Shown: piece after piece, positions 8,578 through 20,478 of the stretch
How the letters are laid out: each line of letters starts with the position of its first letter
Numbering within the stretch: the first letter of the stretch is position 1
Source of the DNA: an uncultured Planctomycetota bacterium
Lineage (GTDB): Bacteria; Planctomycetota; Planctomycetia; Gemmatales; Gemmataceae
DNA: 64,000 bases
Reading direction: 5' to 3'
Assembly (NCBI GenBank): GCA_963849325.1
Contig: CAWKHF010000007.1
Coordinates: 64,001 to 128,000 of the forward strand
Position numbers and translations under genes: made by a program
The notes under the pieces: model-generated
The model's database searches: none
What the model was told of the DNA's origin: nothing
The model's input: only the letters and a program-made list of their open reading frames with translations

Positions 8578-9915
8578 TCAAGAGTAGATCAGGATCACGC
8601 GCACGTCCATGACATTGGTCTGTGTCAGGCCCGTCTTGAGCAGGTCTCCCATCGCGTCAAAGAAGGTATAGGCGTCGTGGCGCTCCAGGCAGTCGGCCGG
8701 GTGCAACCCCTGCCGCGCTGCCCGAAGGAGGGTCGTCTCGTCGGCGATGGCGCCGGCGGCGTCGGTGGGTCCGTCCTCGCCGTCGGTGCCGCCGCTGAGG
8801 ACGACAACGTCTCGCAGTCCGGCCGCGCCGAGGTGGAGTGCGGCGGCGAGCACGAATTCCTGATTGCGACCGCCGCGGCCGTGCGATTGGCTCAGCGTCA
8901 CGGTCGTCTCGCCGCCCGACAGCACGCACACCGGCGGAGGCATCGGCTGGCCATCGACGCGGATACTGCGCACGATGCCGGCCAGCACGATCGCGGCCTG
9001 GCGCGTCTCGCCTTCGAGGAACGAACCGAGGTTGAGCACGGCATAGCCCAGCGCTTCCGCCTGTCGCCGGGCGGCGGCAAGGGCGCGGCTGTTGTTGCCG
9101 AGGATGAGGTTGTGTACAGACGAGGGCAGCGTCTTGGGCGTCTCCGCGATGGCACCGTCCTGGCCGCGTTCGAGATGGGCGAGCACGGCGGGCGGCACGC
9201 GCGGCCGCAGGGCGTAGCGATCGAGGACGGCCAGGGCGTCGGCGAACGTGGTGGGGTCGGCGGCGGTCGGGCCGGAGGCGATGACGTCGAGCGGATCGCC
9301 GATCACGTCGGAGATAATCAGGCTGAACAGGGGGCGTGCGCCGAACGCCTGGGCGAGCCGGCCGCCCTTGAAGGCGGACAGGTGTTTGCGGACGCAGTTC
9401 ATCTCGTTGATGGTGGCGCCGCAGGCGTGCAGCAGCGCGGTGACGTGCTGCTTGTCTGCCAGGGTGATGCCGGCGACGGGTGCCGGCAGCAGGGCCGAGC
9501 CGCCGCCGGAGAGCAGGCACAGACCGACGTCGCATGGCCCGGCACGGCCGACGAGATCGAGCATGGCCTGGACGCCGGCCACGCCCTCGGCGGTCGGTTG
9601 ATTGGTGCCGGCCGGTCGGGCGGCGTGCAGACGGATCGCTTGCAGCGGCCGCACCGTCTCGGCGGGCACGTTGACGACGCCGGCGAGGCGGTCGAGTCGA
9701 TCCGCCAAGGCCGCCTCGACGCCGGCGGCCATCGCCGCGCCGGCCTTGCCTCCTCCGACGACCAGAAGGCGTCCCGGTCCCGCCAGCGCCGCGGCCAGAG
9801 GAGGTGACGGTTGCCTCAAGGCGGTGCGTACCAACTCGAAGGGATTGGCAGCGGCGACAGCTGCCTGCCAGATGGCGCAGGCGTGATCGCGCAGGAGTGT
9901 GGGGGAATCCGTCAT
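8578..9915 (-). CDS. Glycerate 2-kinase (DUF4147/MOFRL, TtuD-like)
   Basis: GGGKAGAAMA, LLSGGGSAL, RKHLSAFKGGRLA, SGGETTV, GRGGRNQE, GTDGEDGPT, TNVMD. Confidence 0.95.
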   Translation of the reverse strand: MTDSPTLLRDHACAIWQAAVAAANPFELVRTALRQPSPPLAAALAGPGRLLVVGGGKAGAAMAAGVEAALADRLDRLAGVVNVPAETVRPLQAIRLHAARPAGTNQPTAEGVAGVQAMLDLVGRAGPCDVGLCLLSGGGSALLPAPVAGITLADKQHVTALLHACGATINEMNCVRKHLSAFKGGRLAQAFGARPLFSLIISDVIGDPLDVIASGPTAADPTTFADALAVLDRYALRPRVPPAVLAHLERGQDGAIAETPKTLPSSVHNLILGNNSRALAAARRQAEALGYAVLNLGSFLEGETRQAAIVLAGIVRSIRVDGQPMPPPVCVLSGGETTVTLSQSHGRGGRNQEFVLAAALHLGAAGLRDVVVLSGGTDGEDGPTDAAGAIADETTLLRAARQGLHPADCLERHDAYTFFDAMGDLLKTGLTQTNVMDVRVILIYS

Positions 9916-10092
9916 CGGGACACCTTGCCTCGCCTATTTCGGTTCGTTTTATCCATTTTCACATATTCGCGTCGGCACCCATTTGAGCTTGTTCGCATCT
10001 TATTCATCCGGTTAGAATCCCGCTCCTCGAACGCATCCCCGCGTCGAGTTGGCCGCAAACCCGGTTTCTCGCATGTTAAAAGGAGGTCGCCC

Positions 10093-10842
10093 ATTCGCCA
10101 TTACCTCGTCCTCGCCCTGGTCCTCACCGTCACCCTTGGAACCAGGCAAGCTCGCGCCGATCTGGTCACCTACAACATGACCGGCACCATTGAGGGTTCC
10201 GTCGTCCCCATCTCGCCCACAGGAGGCTACGCTCCTTCGCCGGTTGCCCTAGGCGACCACATGACCTGGACGCTGCAATATGATCCCAACACACCGGCCA
10301 CACTCAACAATGTTCCCTTGAGCAGTTCTTACGCTCCGGCGAGCCCTGTCATTTCCAATCTCGTCGATCAGACCACTGGCTTCCACTTCAGCACACCTTC
10401 CGCCACGAGCCTTCAATCTGGCTTGACCCTGTTCAACGCCCCACAAGGCGGCTTCCTGTCTGCCGGTGACACGCAAATGAGTTCCAATCAAGGTCCCCTC
10501 TACCAGGCCTTGCTCTCGCTGCTGGGACCGAGCAACGGTTTTTCCACCCTGGACCTGTCCCAATTACCTCTGGACCAGGCAGGCATCCAGATGACCGCCC
10601 CATACGGCGCCGCCAGCATCCTCAGCTATTACGGCATTCCAGCCGGCGACGGAGGAGTCCAGTTGAGCTTCACGGTCCAGGTGGCGTCGCTGTCTGCGGT
10701 CTCGACTCCGGAACCGGGGTCGCTCACGCTGTTCGTCCTCGGCGCCGTTGGGCTGGTCGCACGCCGCATCCATTCCCGGCTCCGGCGCGGGGGAGGTTTC
10801 CCGTTTGAGCGGGCGGTCGAACGGAACGCAAATGTACGGTAG
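10093..10842 (+). CDS. PEP-CTERM sorting-domain surface protein 1 (probable ATT start)
   Basis: Signal peptide ...RQARA/DLVTYNM; C-terminal TPEPGSLTLFVLGAVGLVARR; AGGAGGT-5nt-ATT at 10093. Confidence 0.85.
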   Translation: MRHYLVLALVLTVTLGTRQARADLVTYNMTGTIEGSVVPISPTGGYAPSPVALGDHMTWTLQYDPNTPATLNNVPLSSSYAPASPVISNLVDQTTGFHFSTPSATSLQSGLTLFNAPQGGFLSAGDTQMSSNQGPLYQALLSLLGPSNGFSTLDLSQLPLDQAGIQMTAPYGAASILSYYGIPAGDGGVQLSFTVQVASLSAVSTPEPGSLTLFVLGAVGLVARRIHSRLRRGGGFPFERAVERNANVR

Positions 10843-10868
10843 TTCGTCCGTTTCCCAGGAGGTCCGTC

Positions 10869-11562
10869 ATTCGTCCGTTCATCGCCATCGCGCTGACCCT
10901 CGCGGTCATGGGCGGAGCCAGGGAAGCTCACGCCGATCTGGTCACCTACAACATGACCGGCACCGTCACCAGTGCCGGTAACTCCGACTTCGGCACCATC
11001 GTGAACGCCGGTGGCAGCTTCGTCCCCGGTAGCGTCAACATTGGCGACCACATCTCCTGGACGCTGCAATATGACCGCTCGTCGCCCTGGGGGAACCTTT
11101 TCTACACGCCGACGGCCGCCGTCCTCTACAACGTCGTCGATCGAACGACCGGCGTGGCCCTGTACTGCGCCGCATCAGTCGAGTGACTTCCAATCCGCGA
11201 ATGTGATCCTGTTGACGGGTCCGCCATCCGGTACGGTGTTCGGTGCCAGCAGCGGCTGGGGATCGGCCAACCCATTACCCGGCTCGCCAATGACCGACAC
11301 TTCCCTGCTTCTGATGAAAAACCCAGACCCTGTGCCGCCGGCGAACCTGATGAACTTCCAGCCGGACAACTTCCCGTTCGACACCGGCACCTTCAGCTAC
11401 TCCTCCGGCGCCCCGGGGTTTGGAGGCACGGAATTCACCGCGCAGGTGGATCGGACGATCCTTCTGGCCTCGACGGCTCCCGAGCCGGGGTCGCTTACGC
11501 TGTTCCTCCTGGGAGCCATCGGGCTGGCCGCGCGCCGCCTTCGCCGCTGCTTCGGGGAGTGA
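10869..11562 (+). CDS. PEP-CTERM surface protein 2, paralog of protein 1 (probable ATT start; frameshift near 11165)
   Basis: Signal ...REAHA/DLVTYNMTGT, shared GDHxxWTLQYD, C-terminal APEPGSLTLFLLGAIGLAARR. Confidence 0.85.
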
Positions 11563-11688
11563 GAGACCACTTCGCGGCGCCCCGCCCCTTTGGACCTTCT
11601 CGGCCCCGGCCGCTTGCCTTTGACGGGACTTGATGACACATTAGTCCGTGATCGTTGTTACGGAGTGTGTCTTCAAGGAGCCGTGCCG

Positions 11689-12700
11689 ATGGCCAGCAAA
11701 CCGAAGGTCTTCGTGACGCGCCGCATCCCCGCCGCCGGACTCGATCGCATCCGCCAGCAGTGCGACGCCGAAGTCTGGCCCGAGCAGATGCCGCCGCCCT
11801 ACGACCTGATCCGCCGGAAGCTCGCCGACTGTGACGGCCTGGTGTCGCTCCTCACCGACCGCATCGACGCGGCCCTGCTGGACGCGGCGCCGCGCCTCAA
11901 GGTGGTGAGCAATTACGCCGTCGGTTTCAACAACATCGACGTGGCGGCGGCGACGGCACGCGGCATCGCCGTCGGCAACACGCCCGGCGTGCTGACCGAC
12001 GCCACCGCCGACATGGCCTTCTGTCTGCTGATCGCGGCGGCGCGGCGACTGGTCGACGGTCATCACTACGCCGGCTCCGGCCAGTGGAAGACGTGGGAGC
12101 CGCTCGGCCATCTCGGCCAGGATCTCGATCGGCCGCACGCTCGGCATCATCGGCATGGGGCGCATCGGCTACGCCCTGGCCCGTCGCTGTCATTTCGGCT
12201 GGGACATGCAGATCCTCTATCACGACACCTACCGCAACGAGAAGGCCGAGACGGAGCTGGACGCCCGGCAAGTCGATCTCGACACGCTGCTGGGCCAGGC
12301 GGATTTCGTCTCGGTCCACACCGACCTCAACGACAAGACACGCGGCCTGTTCAACCGGGAGCAGTTTCGCAAGATGAAGCCGACGGCGGTGTTCGTGAAC
12401 ACGGCGCGCGGCCCGATTGTCGTCGAGAAGGACCTGATCGCGGCGCTGAAGACGGGCGTGATCTTCGCGGCCGGTCTGGACGTGACTGACCCGGAGCCGC
12501 CGGAAGTGGAGAATGAATTGCTACGTCTGCCGAACCTGATCGTGGCGCCGCACATCGCCAGCGCCACAGTCGGCACACGCAACGCGATGGCCGAGATTTG
12601 CGCCAACAACCTGCTGGCGGGACTGAGCGGGCAACCGTTGCCGGCGCCGGTGAACCCGGAGGTCGAGGGCAAGCGTCGGACAGGCGAACGGCCGGCATAA
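11689..12700 (+). CDS. D-glycerate dehydrogenase / glyoxylate-hydroxypyruvate reductase (frameshift near 12128)
   Basis: NYAVGFNNID, NTPGVLT, GMGRIG, VNTARG, GLDVTDPEP, PHIASAT. Confidence 0.92.
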
Positions 12701-12842
12701 ACCGATTCCAGCGTCACGGCGCCAACCGGACGTGCGGATAGGCCCGGATTCGCCGAGCGGGTAGCGGCCTCATTTGCGCCCCTCGGGAAAGGTGTGCCTG
12801 GTGTGCGGTCCACGGTGGGTACAAACAGGATGAATGGCCCCC

Positions 12843-13125
12843 TCACACTGCGCGAGCGGTGCGTTCCACCAGTTTGCCGCGGGCCGTCCGCAGCGCTTCC
12901 AGCCATTGCCGCAGCGCTTCGATCTCGGTCGTCAGCGGCGCCAGTGCCTGTTCGGCGTTCCGTTCCGCCTGATCCAGGTGGGCCTGCAAGCGCTCGAGGC
13001 GCGGCTCGAACGCCGGCGCGAACGCCGGCGGGGCCGGCTCGGACGACGGCTCGACGGCGCTGCGCCAGCCAACGGCTGAGGTTGTCCTCGAAGGCGGCAA
13101 ACATCTCCGGCCAGTCCGTGGACAT
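12843..13125 (-). CDS. Small helical hypothetical protein (frameshift near 13060)
   Basis: MSTDWPEMFAAFEDNLSRWLA joins RLERLQAHLDQAERNAEQALAPL...EALRQWLEAL in the next frame; GGAGG SD. Confidence 0.5.
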
Positions 13126-13363
13126 GACGGCTTGTCCTCCAGGGGCGCGGGCGGCATCTTAGCCGTTCGCGGCCTTTGGGACACGGCCAGTTTTTTCGCA
13201 CTCCGGCCGGCGTACACTGGTCTTCCCCTGGAGACGGCGAAAGATTATAGTCCGGGCGCCGCGGCCGAAGCAGGGCCGCACAGCTCCACTCCATCGAATT
13301 CGCTGGTTGTTCCCAGGTCCGTGACGCCGTCAGGCGTTGAGCTAAGCAGAGCGGGAGGAAGCC

Positions 13364-14128
13364 TTGTTCGTCGCTTGTTCCACCTTGTGCTTTGGCCGAT
13401 TGTCGCTGGAGGACGCTCTGCGCGTCATCGGCGAGCTGGAGTTCAGCAAGTTCGAGGCGGCCCTCCACGAGCAGGGCAGCCAGCTGCGTCCCTCCGAGGT
13501 CGCCGCCGACGTCAGTCACGCCGCCGCCCGGCTCCGCCACGGACCCGGCTTGACCCCGGTGGCCTTCTCGGTCGAGATCGAGGCCGGCAGCGACGCGGAC
13601 TACGAGCGTCAGTTCCAGGCCGTTTGCCGGTTGGCGCGGATTTCCGCCGTGCCGCTGCTGACTCTCAAGGCCGCCGCGATCGGCGGCAGCCTCGATACCG
13701 AGGTCGATCGTCTCAAACGGCTGGTCCACCTCGCCGCCGCCGATGGCATTCAGGTGACGGTATCCACCCTCATCGGCACACTGACCGAGGATCCCGATGT
13801 CGCCCTGGCCCTGTGCCAGCGCGTCAAGGGACTGGGCCTGACGCTGGACCCCAGCCACTACATCGCCGGCCCGCACGCGGCCAAGAACCACGACGCGCTG
13901 TACCCGCACGTCAAGCACGTCCACCTGCGCGATACGGGCCGCGGTCCCAATCAGTTTCAGGTCCGCGTCGGCCAGGGCGAGGTCGAATACGGCCGCATCA
14001 TCGCCCAGCTGGCCCGCTACCAGTACGATCGCGTCCTCAGCGTGGACATTCGCGACATTCCCGACGCGCCGTTCGCCATGCAGCCGGAAGTGCGCAAGCT
14101 GAAATATCTGCTCGAAAGCCTGGTGTAA
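13364..14128 (+). CDS. Sugar phosphate isomerase/epimerase (xylose-isomerase-like TIM barrel)
   Basis: TTG start after GGAGG; GLTLDPSHY, HVHLRD, VGQGEVEY motifs. Confidence 0.85.
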   Translation: MFVACSTLCFGRLSLEDALRVIGELEFSKFEAALHEQGSQLRPSEVAADVSHAAARLRHGPGLTPVAFSVEIEAGSDADYERQFQAVCRLARISAVPLLTLKAAAIGGSLDTEVDRLKRLVHLAAADGIQVTVSTLIGTLTEDPDVALALCQRVKGLGLTLDPSHYIAGPHAAKNHDALYPHVKHVHLRDTGRGPNQFQVRVGQGEVEYGRIIAQLARYQYDRVLSVDIRDIPDAPFAMQPEVRKLKYLLESLV

Positions 14129-14135
14129 GAACGGG

Positions 14136-14212
14136 CGGACCCAACCGAGCCGCGACCGTAAGGGAGCGGTTGGCTTCTCCGCTCCCTTACGGTCGCGGCT
14201 CGGTTGGGTCCG
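14136..14212. repeat. REP-like palindrome, family A variant (CCGAGCCGCGACCGTAAGGGAGCG)
   Basis: Long perfect arms between convergent genes. Confidence 0.9.
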
Positions 14213-14218
14213 GCAGCG

Positions 14219-14848
14219 CTATCCGACGGGGACCAGGCGCCGGTAGGCGCGCATGGCGGCGTTGAGCCAGCGCGGGCTAGGCTTGGTCGCCAGGAACGAC
14301 GTGCCGTTGATCTGTAACGGCAGCTCCTGCTCCGTGAAGAACTCATCCACGGCCCGGCGGACGCCGGGGAAATCGTTGTTCAGATAGTCGTGTCCGCCGA
14401 GGACGCCACGACGTTTGACCTTGGCGAACCAGCACTGCAAGTCGCGGCGAACGGCCTCGTAGCCGTGGTCGGCGTCGAGGAACACGAAGTCGAGCGTGCC
14501 ATCCTCGAACAGGCTCGCCGCCTGCTCCGACGGCATCTTCAGCGGGCACAACACGTCATCGACGCCGGCGCGGCGGACATTGTGGATGAAGTGCCAGAAC
14601 ACGTCCGCCGACTCGGGCATTGGCGTTTGCGGCCGGTAATCGTCGTAAAACCAGCCGTCCCAGCAATCGACCACGTAGACGCGAATCTTTTTGCCGGACT
14701 GCTTGATGCGCGATGCCAAATAGACGGTGGATCGGCCAAGGTAGGCGCCGACCTCGACGAAGACGGCGCCATCGCTGGCTCGGGCAATCATGTCGTCGTA
14801 GATGCCGGGGAAGTCGAACCATCCCGGAATTTGTTCGTGGTAATTCAT
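14219..14848 (-). CDS. Class I SAM-dependent methyltransferase (Methyltransf_24-like)
   Basis: VEVGAYLGRST, DFVFLDADHGYE, GGHDY motifs. Confidence 0.9.
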   Translation of the reverse strand: MNYHEQIPGWFDFPGIYDDMIARASDGAVFVEVGAYLGRSTVYLASRIKQSGKKIRVYVVDCWDGWFYDDYRPQTPMPESADVFWHFIHNVRRAGVDDVLCPLKMPSEQAASLFEDGTLDFVFLDADHGYEAVRRDLQCWFAKVKRRGVLGGHDYLNNDFPGVRRAVDEFFTEQELPLQINGTSFLATKPSPRWLNAAMRAYRRLVPVG

Positions 14849-15119
14849 CCCAACTCCCTGCGCCCGAGCGTGGATCGTCGGCTCGGCGGTGAACTAGTGG
14901 ATGGAGCCAGAAGGGAGGATTCGGAACGCGGCGAACGAAACGACGGCGCATCCTGGCCTCACGTATGGGGCACCCTCCATGGTCCCGATGACGCGAAATG
15001 CTATCCCCCTCTCTCTTTTCTGTCAATCCATGCTCTCGCCGACGGTTGGCTGCCTCTTTGTCGAGGGTGGCCCGCTCGGCGAGCATCCGACGGAGGCGCA
15101 GCGCCGCGTCGCCGCGCGG

Positions 15120-15716
15120 CTACCCTTCGCTGGCCCCGCGCATCAGGCCCAACTCGTCCGCGATGGTTTTCATGGCGTCGATCTCAAACTGAATGTGTTC
15201 GCTCAGATCGACGCCGAAGTCGGCGGCACCGCGTTCAATGTCCTCGCGGTTGATACTGCGTGCGAAGCCCTTCGCTTTCATCTTCTTTTGGACGCTCAAC
15301 GCAGTCAGGTCGGTTATGCCGTTGGGCCGCAGCATCGCCGTCGCCGTGATGAGACCGGCCAACTCGTCGCAGGCGTACAGCGCCTTCTCGATGGGCCGAG
15401 TGCGCGGGTAGCGGTCCTGCAAGTAATCGGCATGGGAGAGGATGGCGTAAATCACGTCCTCCGGATAGCCGCGCTGGCGGAGGATCTCGGCGCCCTCGAG
15501 AGGGTGGTCCGGTGGGTTGGGCCAGCGTTCGTAATCGAAATCGTGCAAGAGGCCGACGATGCCCCATTTCTCCTCGTCCTGCGTCTGTTTGCGGGCATAG
15601 GCACGCATGGCCGCCTCGACCGCCAGCATATGACGGATCAGACTCCGATCCTTGACATATTCACTCAAGAGCGCGAAAGCGTCGGCTCGATTCATGCTTG
15701 ACGTCTCCGGTGCCAA
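15120..15716 (-). CDS. HD/HDIG-domain metal-dependent hydrolase
   Basis: RHMLAVEAAM, GLLHDFD, AILSHA, LYACDEL motifs. Confidence 0.9.
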   Translation of the reverse strand: MAPETSSMNRADAFALLSEYVKDRSLIRHMLAVEAAMRAYARKQTQDEEKWGIVGLLHDFDYERWPNPPDHPLEGAEILRQRGYPEDVIYAILSHADYLQDRYPRTRPIEKALYACDELAGLITATAMLRPNGITDLTALSVQKKMKAKGFARSINREDIERGAADFGVDLSEHIQFEIDAMKTIADELGLMRGASEG

Positions 15717-15719
15717 AAT

Positions 15720-15771
15720 AGCCCGGAGCGCAAGCGACGGGTTATTTCACCCGTCGCTTGCGCTCTGGGCT
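15720..15771. repeat. REP-like palindrome (GCCCGGAGCGCAAGCGACGGG)
   Basis: Near-perfect inverted repeat in intergenic space. Confidence 0.85.
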
Positions 15772-15797
15772 CGCGCTTTTGAAGCGGATTACGCTCC

Positions 15798-17100
15798 TCA
15801 CTTCTTCGCCCCCGACTTGCCGAAATGCTTGTCGGCGAAGTCGAGGAACACCTTCCAGTCGCCCTTCGTCATCGAGTGCTTGCCGGGGCGGATGTAATAG
15901 CCGAGCGTGCTGTCGATCAGCTGGCCCGGCTCCGGCATGTGCTTGGCTTCCAACCCGCCGGCGTCGAGCAAGCGATAAACCGGGTCGGCCCCCCGCAGCA
16001 CCTCGAACTGACCCGCCGGGTTGGCCCACTGGTCCTCGACGGCGTTGCTGAACAGCAGCGGCCGCGGCGCCACCAGGGCGGCGAGGCCGTTCTGATCGAA
16101 CGGCAGCCGTTCGGGCTGATCGTTGAACTGCTTGAAGGCGCCGTCGAACCAGTGCGGGAAGCTGGTGTTGATGCGCTTGACGGATTCGGCCTTGGGGTTG
16201 TTGGTGCGGCTGGGGGCCGTGCCGCCGCAGCCGGCCTGGTGCGGGATGGCCAGCGCGATGCGCTCGTCGAACGCCGCGGCTACCAAGGCCGTCTTGCCCA
16301 GGCGCGAATGTCCGACAACGGCGATCCGTTTTTTATCAATGTCCTCTTGCTCGCAGAGATAATCGACGACCCGGTGCGCTCCCCAGGCCCAGGCGGCGAT
16401 CGTGCCCCAGTCGTGAGGCCCGGGCTTTTCTCCCTTCTTGCGCAGGTGGGGTTGAATGCCCTCGCGCACGTCGGTTCGGTCGGGATCGACGTCGCCGTTG
16501 TAGAACGTGGCCACCGCGTAGCCGCGATCGACGGATTGTTCCAGCGCCCGAGACGTCGATCTGCTTGCCACGGCCGGCCTCGGTGGCGCGATGGTCCTTG
16601 ACCCCGCGATAGTTGGCGTACATCCACACCGTCGGCAGGCGCACGCCGGGGTCTTTGACCAGGGCGTGATTGCCGCAGAAGTTGATGCCGACGAAGACCG
16701 GGGCCGGCTTCTTGCGATTATGGGGAACGACCAGCAGGACGTGGATGGGCGGCGTATCGGGTGGGCCGAAGGAGATCCGCACTTCGCGGAGCGTGGCCTT
16801 GCCGTCGAACGCTTTCGCATTCTCGTACTCGACCTGGGAGCGAATCGGCAGCGGCGGCGGCAGATAGCCGTACATGTAATACTGGAACAACTCTTTCAAC
16901 TCGGGGCGTCGCTTATTGGACCACTGCCGCTTGCTCGTGACGCGCTCACCGTTGAACATCACGAGAGGATCGGGCAGGTTCGGCTGCGGCGGCAGCTTGT
17001 CGGCTTCGGGAAAATGCGGCTGCGGCATGGCGATCCTCGGGGTGATGAACGCGGTCAGCAGGGCCAGGAGAGTCGCGGTCGAGAGGGTCGTGCGGCGCAT
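15798..17100 (-). CDS. Secreted CE15-like esterase (glucuronoyl/acetylxylan esterase family; frameshift near 16545)
   Basis: Signal peptide, LPDPL, IAAWAWG, GHSRLGKTAL nucleophile motif, LPFDQ, LVAPRP. Confidence 0.88.
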
Positions 17101-17270
17101 GGCGGGATCTCCGAGGGCGGATCGAGGTTGGTCGCGGGGCTATTCTACACAAGGTCGCCGCTATTCGCACGGCTGCTGATTGACCCGGCCGTAATAGCTC
17201 CATATGGTGTGACGGAAGAGGCCCACCGCGATCTTCCCCGATGTGTATCCCCCACCGAAGGAGACTCCTC

Positions 17271-18096
17271 ATGCGAATGTGTTTGTACGGGCTGGCCGCT
17301 GCGTTGGTCGCGGCCCTGACCGTGCCGTCCTTCGCCGCGGCGGCGGACAAGGACAGCAAGAAACGCCTGCTGGTCATCACCGAATCGCAGGGCTTCCGTC
17401 ACGGTTGCGTCACGCGCAAAGGCGACGAGCTGTCCCTGGTCGAGAAGACACTGACCGAGCTGGGCGAGAAGAACGGTTTCGACGTGGTGTGCTCGCAGGA
17501 TTCGCGTTCGGTCCTCACGGCCGAGAACCTTAAGAACTTCGATGCCGTGTTCTTCTACACGACCGGCGAGCTGCCCCTGTCGGACACGCAGAAGGCCGAC
17601 TTGCTGCAATTCATCCGCTCGGGCAAGGGCTTCGCCGGCAGCCACAGCGCCACCGACACCTTCTATCGCTGGCCCGACTACGGCAATCTGATCGGCGGTT
17701 ATTTCGACGGCCATCCCTGGCACAAGAAGATCACCGTCCTCGTCGAGGACACCAAGCACCCGGCGACGAAGCACCTGGGCGATTCGTTCGTCATCACCGA
17801 CGAGATTTACCAGTTTCGGGCGCCTTACGATCGCTCGAAGCTGCACGTCCTCATGCGCATGGACATGAAGGACGAAAAGGGCGGCAAGCGCAAGGACAAC
17901 GATAACGCCCTGGCCTGGACGCACCGCTACGGCAATGGCCGGGTGTTTTACACCGCCCTGGGCCATCGGGACGAGGTGTGGAAGGACGAACGCTTCCAGA
18001 AGCACATCGTCGGCGGTCTGCGCGATCGTGTTTGGCCTGGAGAAAGGGGACGATACGCCGAGCGGGACGCCGAAAGAAAGCTCCGCGGGCAAGTGA
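17271..18096 (+). CDS. Secreted ThuA-like (class I glutamine amidotransferase fold) protein (frameshift near 18025)
   Basis: Signal peptide, GFRH, FDAVFFYTTG, HSATDT, GRVFYTALGH; alternate frame ends ...SSAGK-stop at 18096. Confidence 0.88.
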
Positions 18097-18121
18097 CGCG
18101 GAGCGCTCGAACCAAACGCCT

Positions 18122-18192
18122 CCGAGCCGGAAGCGTTAGCGAAGGAACGACAACCTTCGGTTGTCGTTCCTTCGCTAACGCTTCCGGCTCGG
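18122..18192. repeat. REP-like palindrome, family A (CCGAGCCGGAAGCGTTAGCGAAGG)
   Basis: Perfect arms of about 33 bp closed by a TTCG loop. Confidence 0.9.
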
Positions 18193-18354
18193 TCAATACG
18201 TGCAAACGTAGACGGCCAAGATCACCAGCGCCGCCAGCAGAATGGACACGAACGCGACGAGCAGCCCGACGTGGGAGATACGCCGCCTCATGCGTTCGAG
18301 GATGGCGTTGGGAGCGTGGTATTGCAGCGAGCGCGATTCTTCCTGAATTGGCAT
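18193..18354 (-). CDS. Small single-TM protein (53 aa)
   Basis: MPIQEE...VGLLVAFVSILLAALVILAVYVCTY; GGAGAGG upstream. Confidence 0.5.
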   Translation of the reverse strand: MPIQEESRSLQYHAPNAILERMRRRISHVGLLVAFVSILLAALVILAVYVCTY

Positions 18355-18472
18355 ACGGTCCTCTCCTCCGTTCCGACGCCGTCGCCTGCGTCCTGCGCAG
18401 TTCCGTCGCGCCGACACGGCAGCATATGTCAGAAGGGAGGGACGATGCAAGCGGAATCGATGGCCCGGATGC

Positions 18473-19442
<970 letters not shown>

Positions 19443-19659
19443 GGTCTTGGTCCTTCTCGGAGCGGGTGCGGCCCTGCGCCGTTGGCCATCCTGGCTGGGC
19501 GGGGACGTGGGGCGCCTAGCCTGCTAGAAAGATACCCGGAGTTGGAAGCAGCGACAAGAAATTTCACTCCGGCGGAGCCGACCGGCGCGATAAACTGTGC
19601 GGGTCGAAACGGCGGCTCTCCGCCTGCGGCCTTTTTTCCCCAAACGGAGGATGGTCTTC

Positions 19660-20427
19660 ATGTGTCCCTGGCGATGTGTGGCGATAGTGACGGTCGGCCT
19701 GCTGCTGGCGGGGTTGGGCCGAAGTGCCGAGCCTTACGGCGACATCAGCGACCTGAAATTGAACAAAGCCGAAGACAGGATGGACGTCAAGAGCGTTCCG
19801 CCGCCCAAGGACGCCCTCGTCCTGTTCGACGGCAAGGGGTTCGACAACTGGACGCACACCAACGGCAAAGCCGTCGAATGGAAGCTGCTGGACGGCGGCG
19901 TCATGCAGGTGCAGCCGGGCAAGGGCAACCTCATTACCAAGCAGAAATTCGACGGCTCGTTTCAGTTGCATGTCGAGTTCCGCGTCCCGTACATGCCCAA
20001 GTCCGGCGGCCAGGGTCGCGGCAACAGCGGCGTCTATCTGCAAGGCCGTTACGAAGTGCAGATTCTGGACAGCTATGGTCTGAAAAGCAAGGACAACGAT
20101 TGCGGCGGCATTTACACCGTCGCCGCGCCGGCGACCAACGCCTGCAAGGCGCCGACGGTGTGGCAGAGCTACGACATCGAGTTCACGGCCCCCAAGTGTA
20201 GCGACGGCAAGGTGACGGAGCCGGGACGGATGACGGCCTACCACAACGGCGTCAAGATCCACGACAACGTCAAGCTCGTCAAGGATGGCAAGCCGGTGAT
20301 GAACACGACGGCCGGACTCGGCGGCGACGTGTGCAAACCCGGCCCCATCATGCTGCAGGATCACGGCAACCCAGTGCAGTTCCGCAACGTTTGGCTGGTG
20401 CCGAGGATGGCGAACGGCCGGCGTTAG
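19660..20427 (+). CDS. Secreted DUF1080 (3-keto-disaccharide hydrolase-like) protein
   Basis: LFDGK, LHVEF, RGNSGVY, YEVQILDS, LQDHGNPVQFRNVW. Confidence 0.92.
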   Translation: MCPWRCVAIVTVGLLLAGLGRSAEPYGDISDLKLNKAEDRMDVKSVPPPKDALVLFDGKGFDNWTHTNGKAVEWKLLDGGVMQVQPGKGNLITKQKFDGSFQLHVEFRVPYMPKSGGQGRGNSGVYLQGRYEVQILDSYGLKSKDNDCGGIYTVAAPATNACKAPTVWQSYDIEFTAPKCSDGKVTEPGRMTAYHNGVKIHDNVKLVKDGKPVMNTTAGLGGDVCKPGPIMLQDHGNPVQFRNVWLVPRMANGRR

Positions 20428-20469
20428 CCGGCTGGTACAGGCTTCCACTAGCCGGCTAACGCCGGCCGT
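20414..20469. repeat. REP-like palindrome, family D (CGGCCGGCGTTAGCCGGCT)
   Basis: Overlaps DUF1080 stop; related copy at 57384-57449. Confidence 0.85.
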
Positions 20470-20478
20470 CCGCCCATA

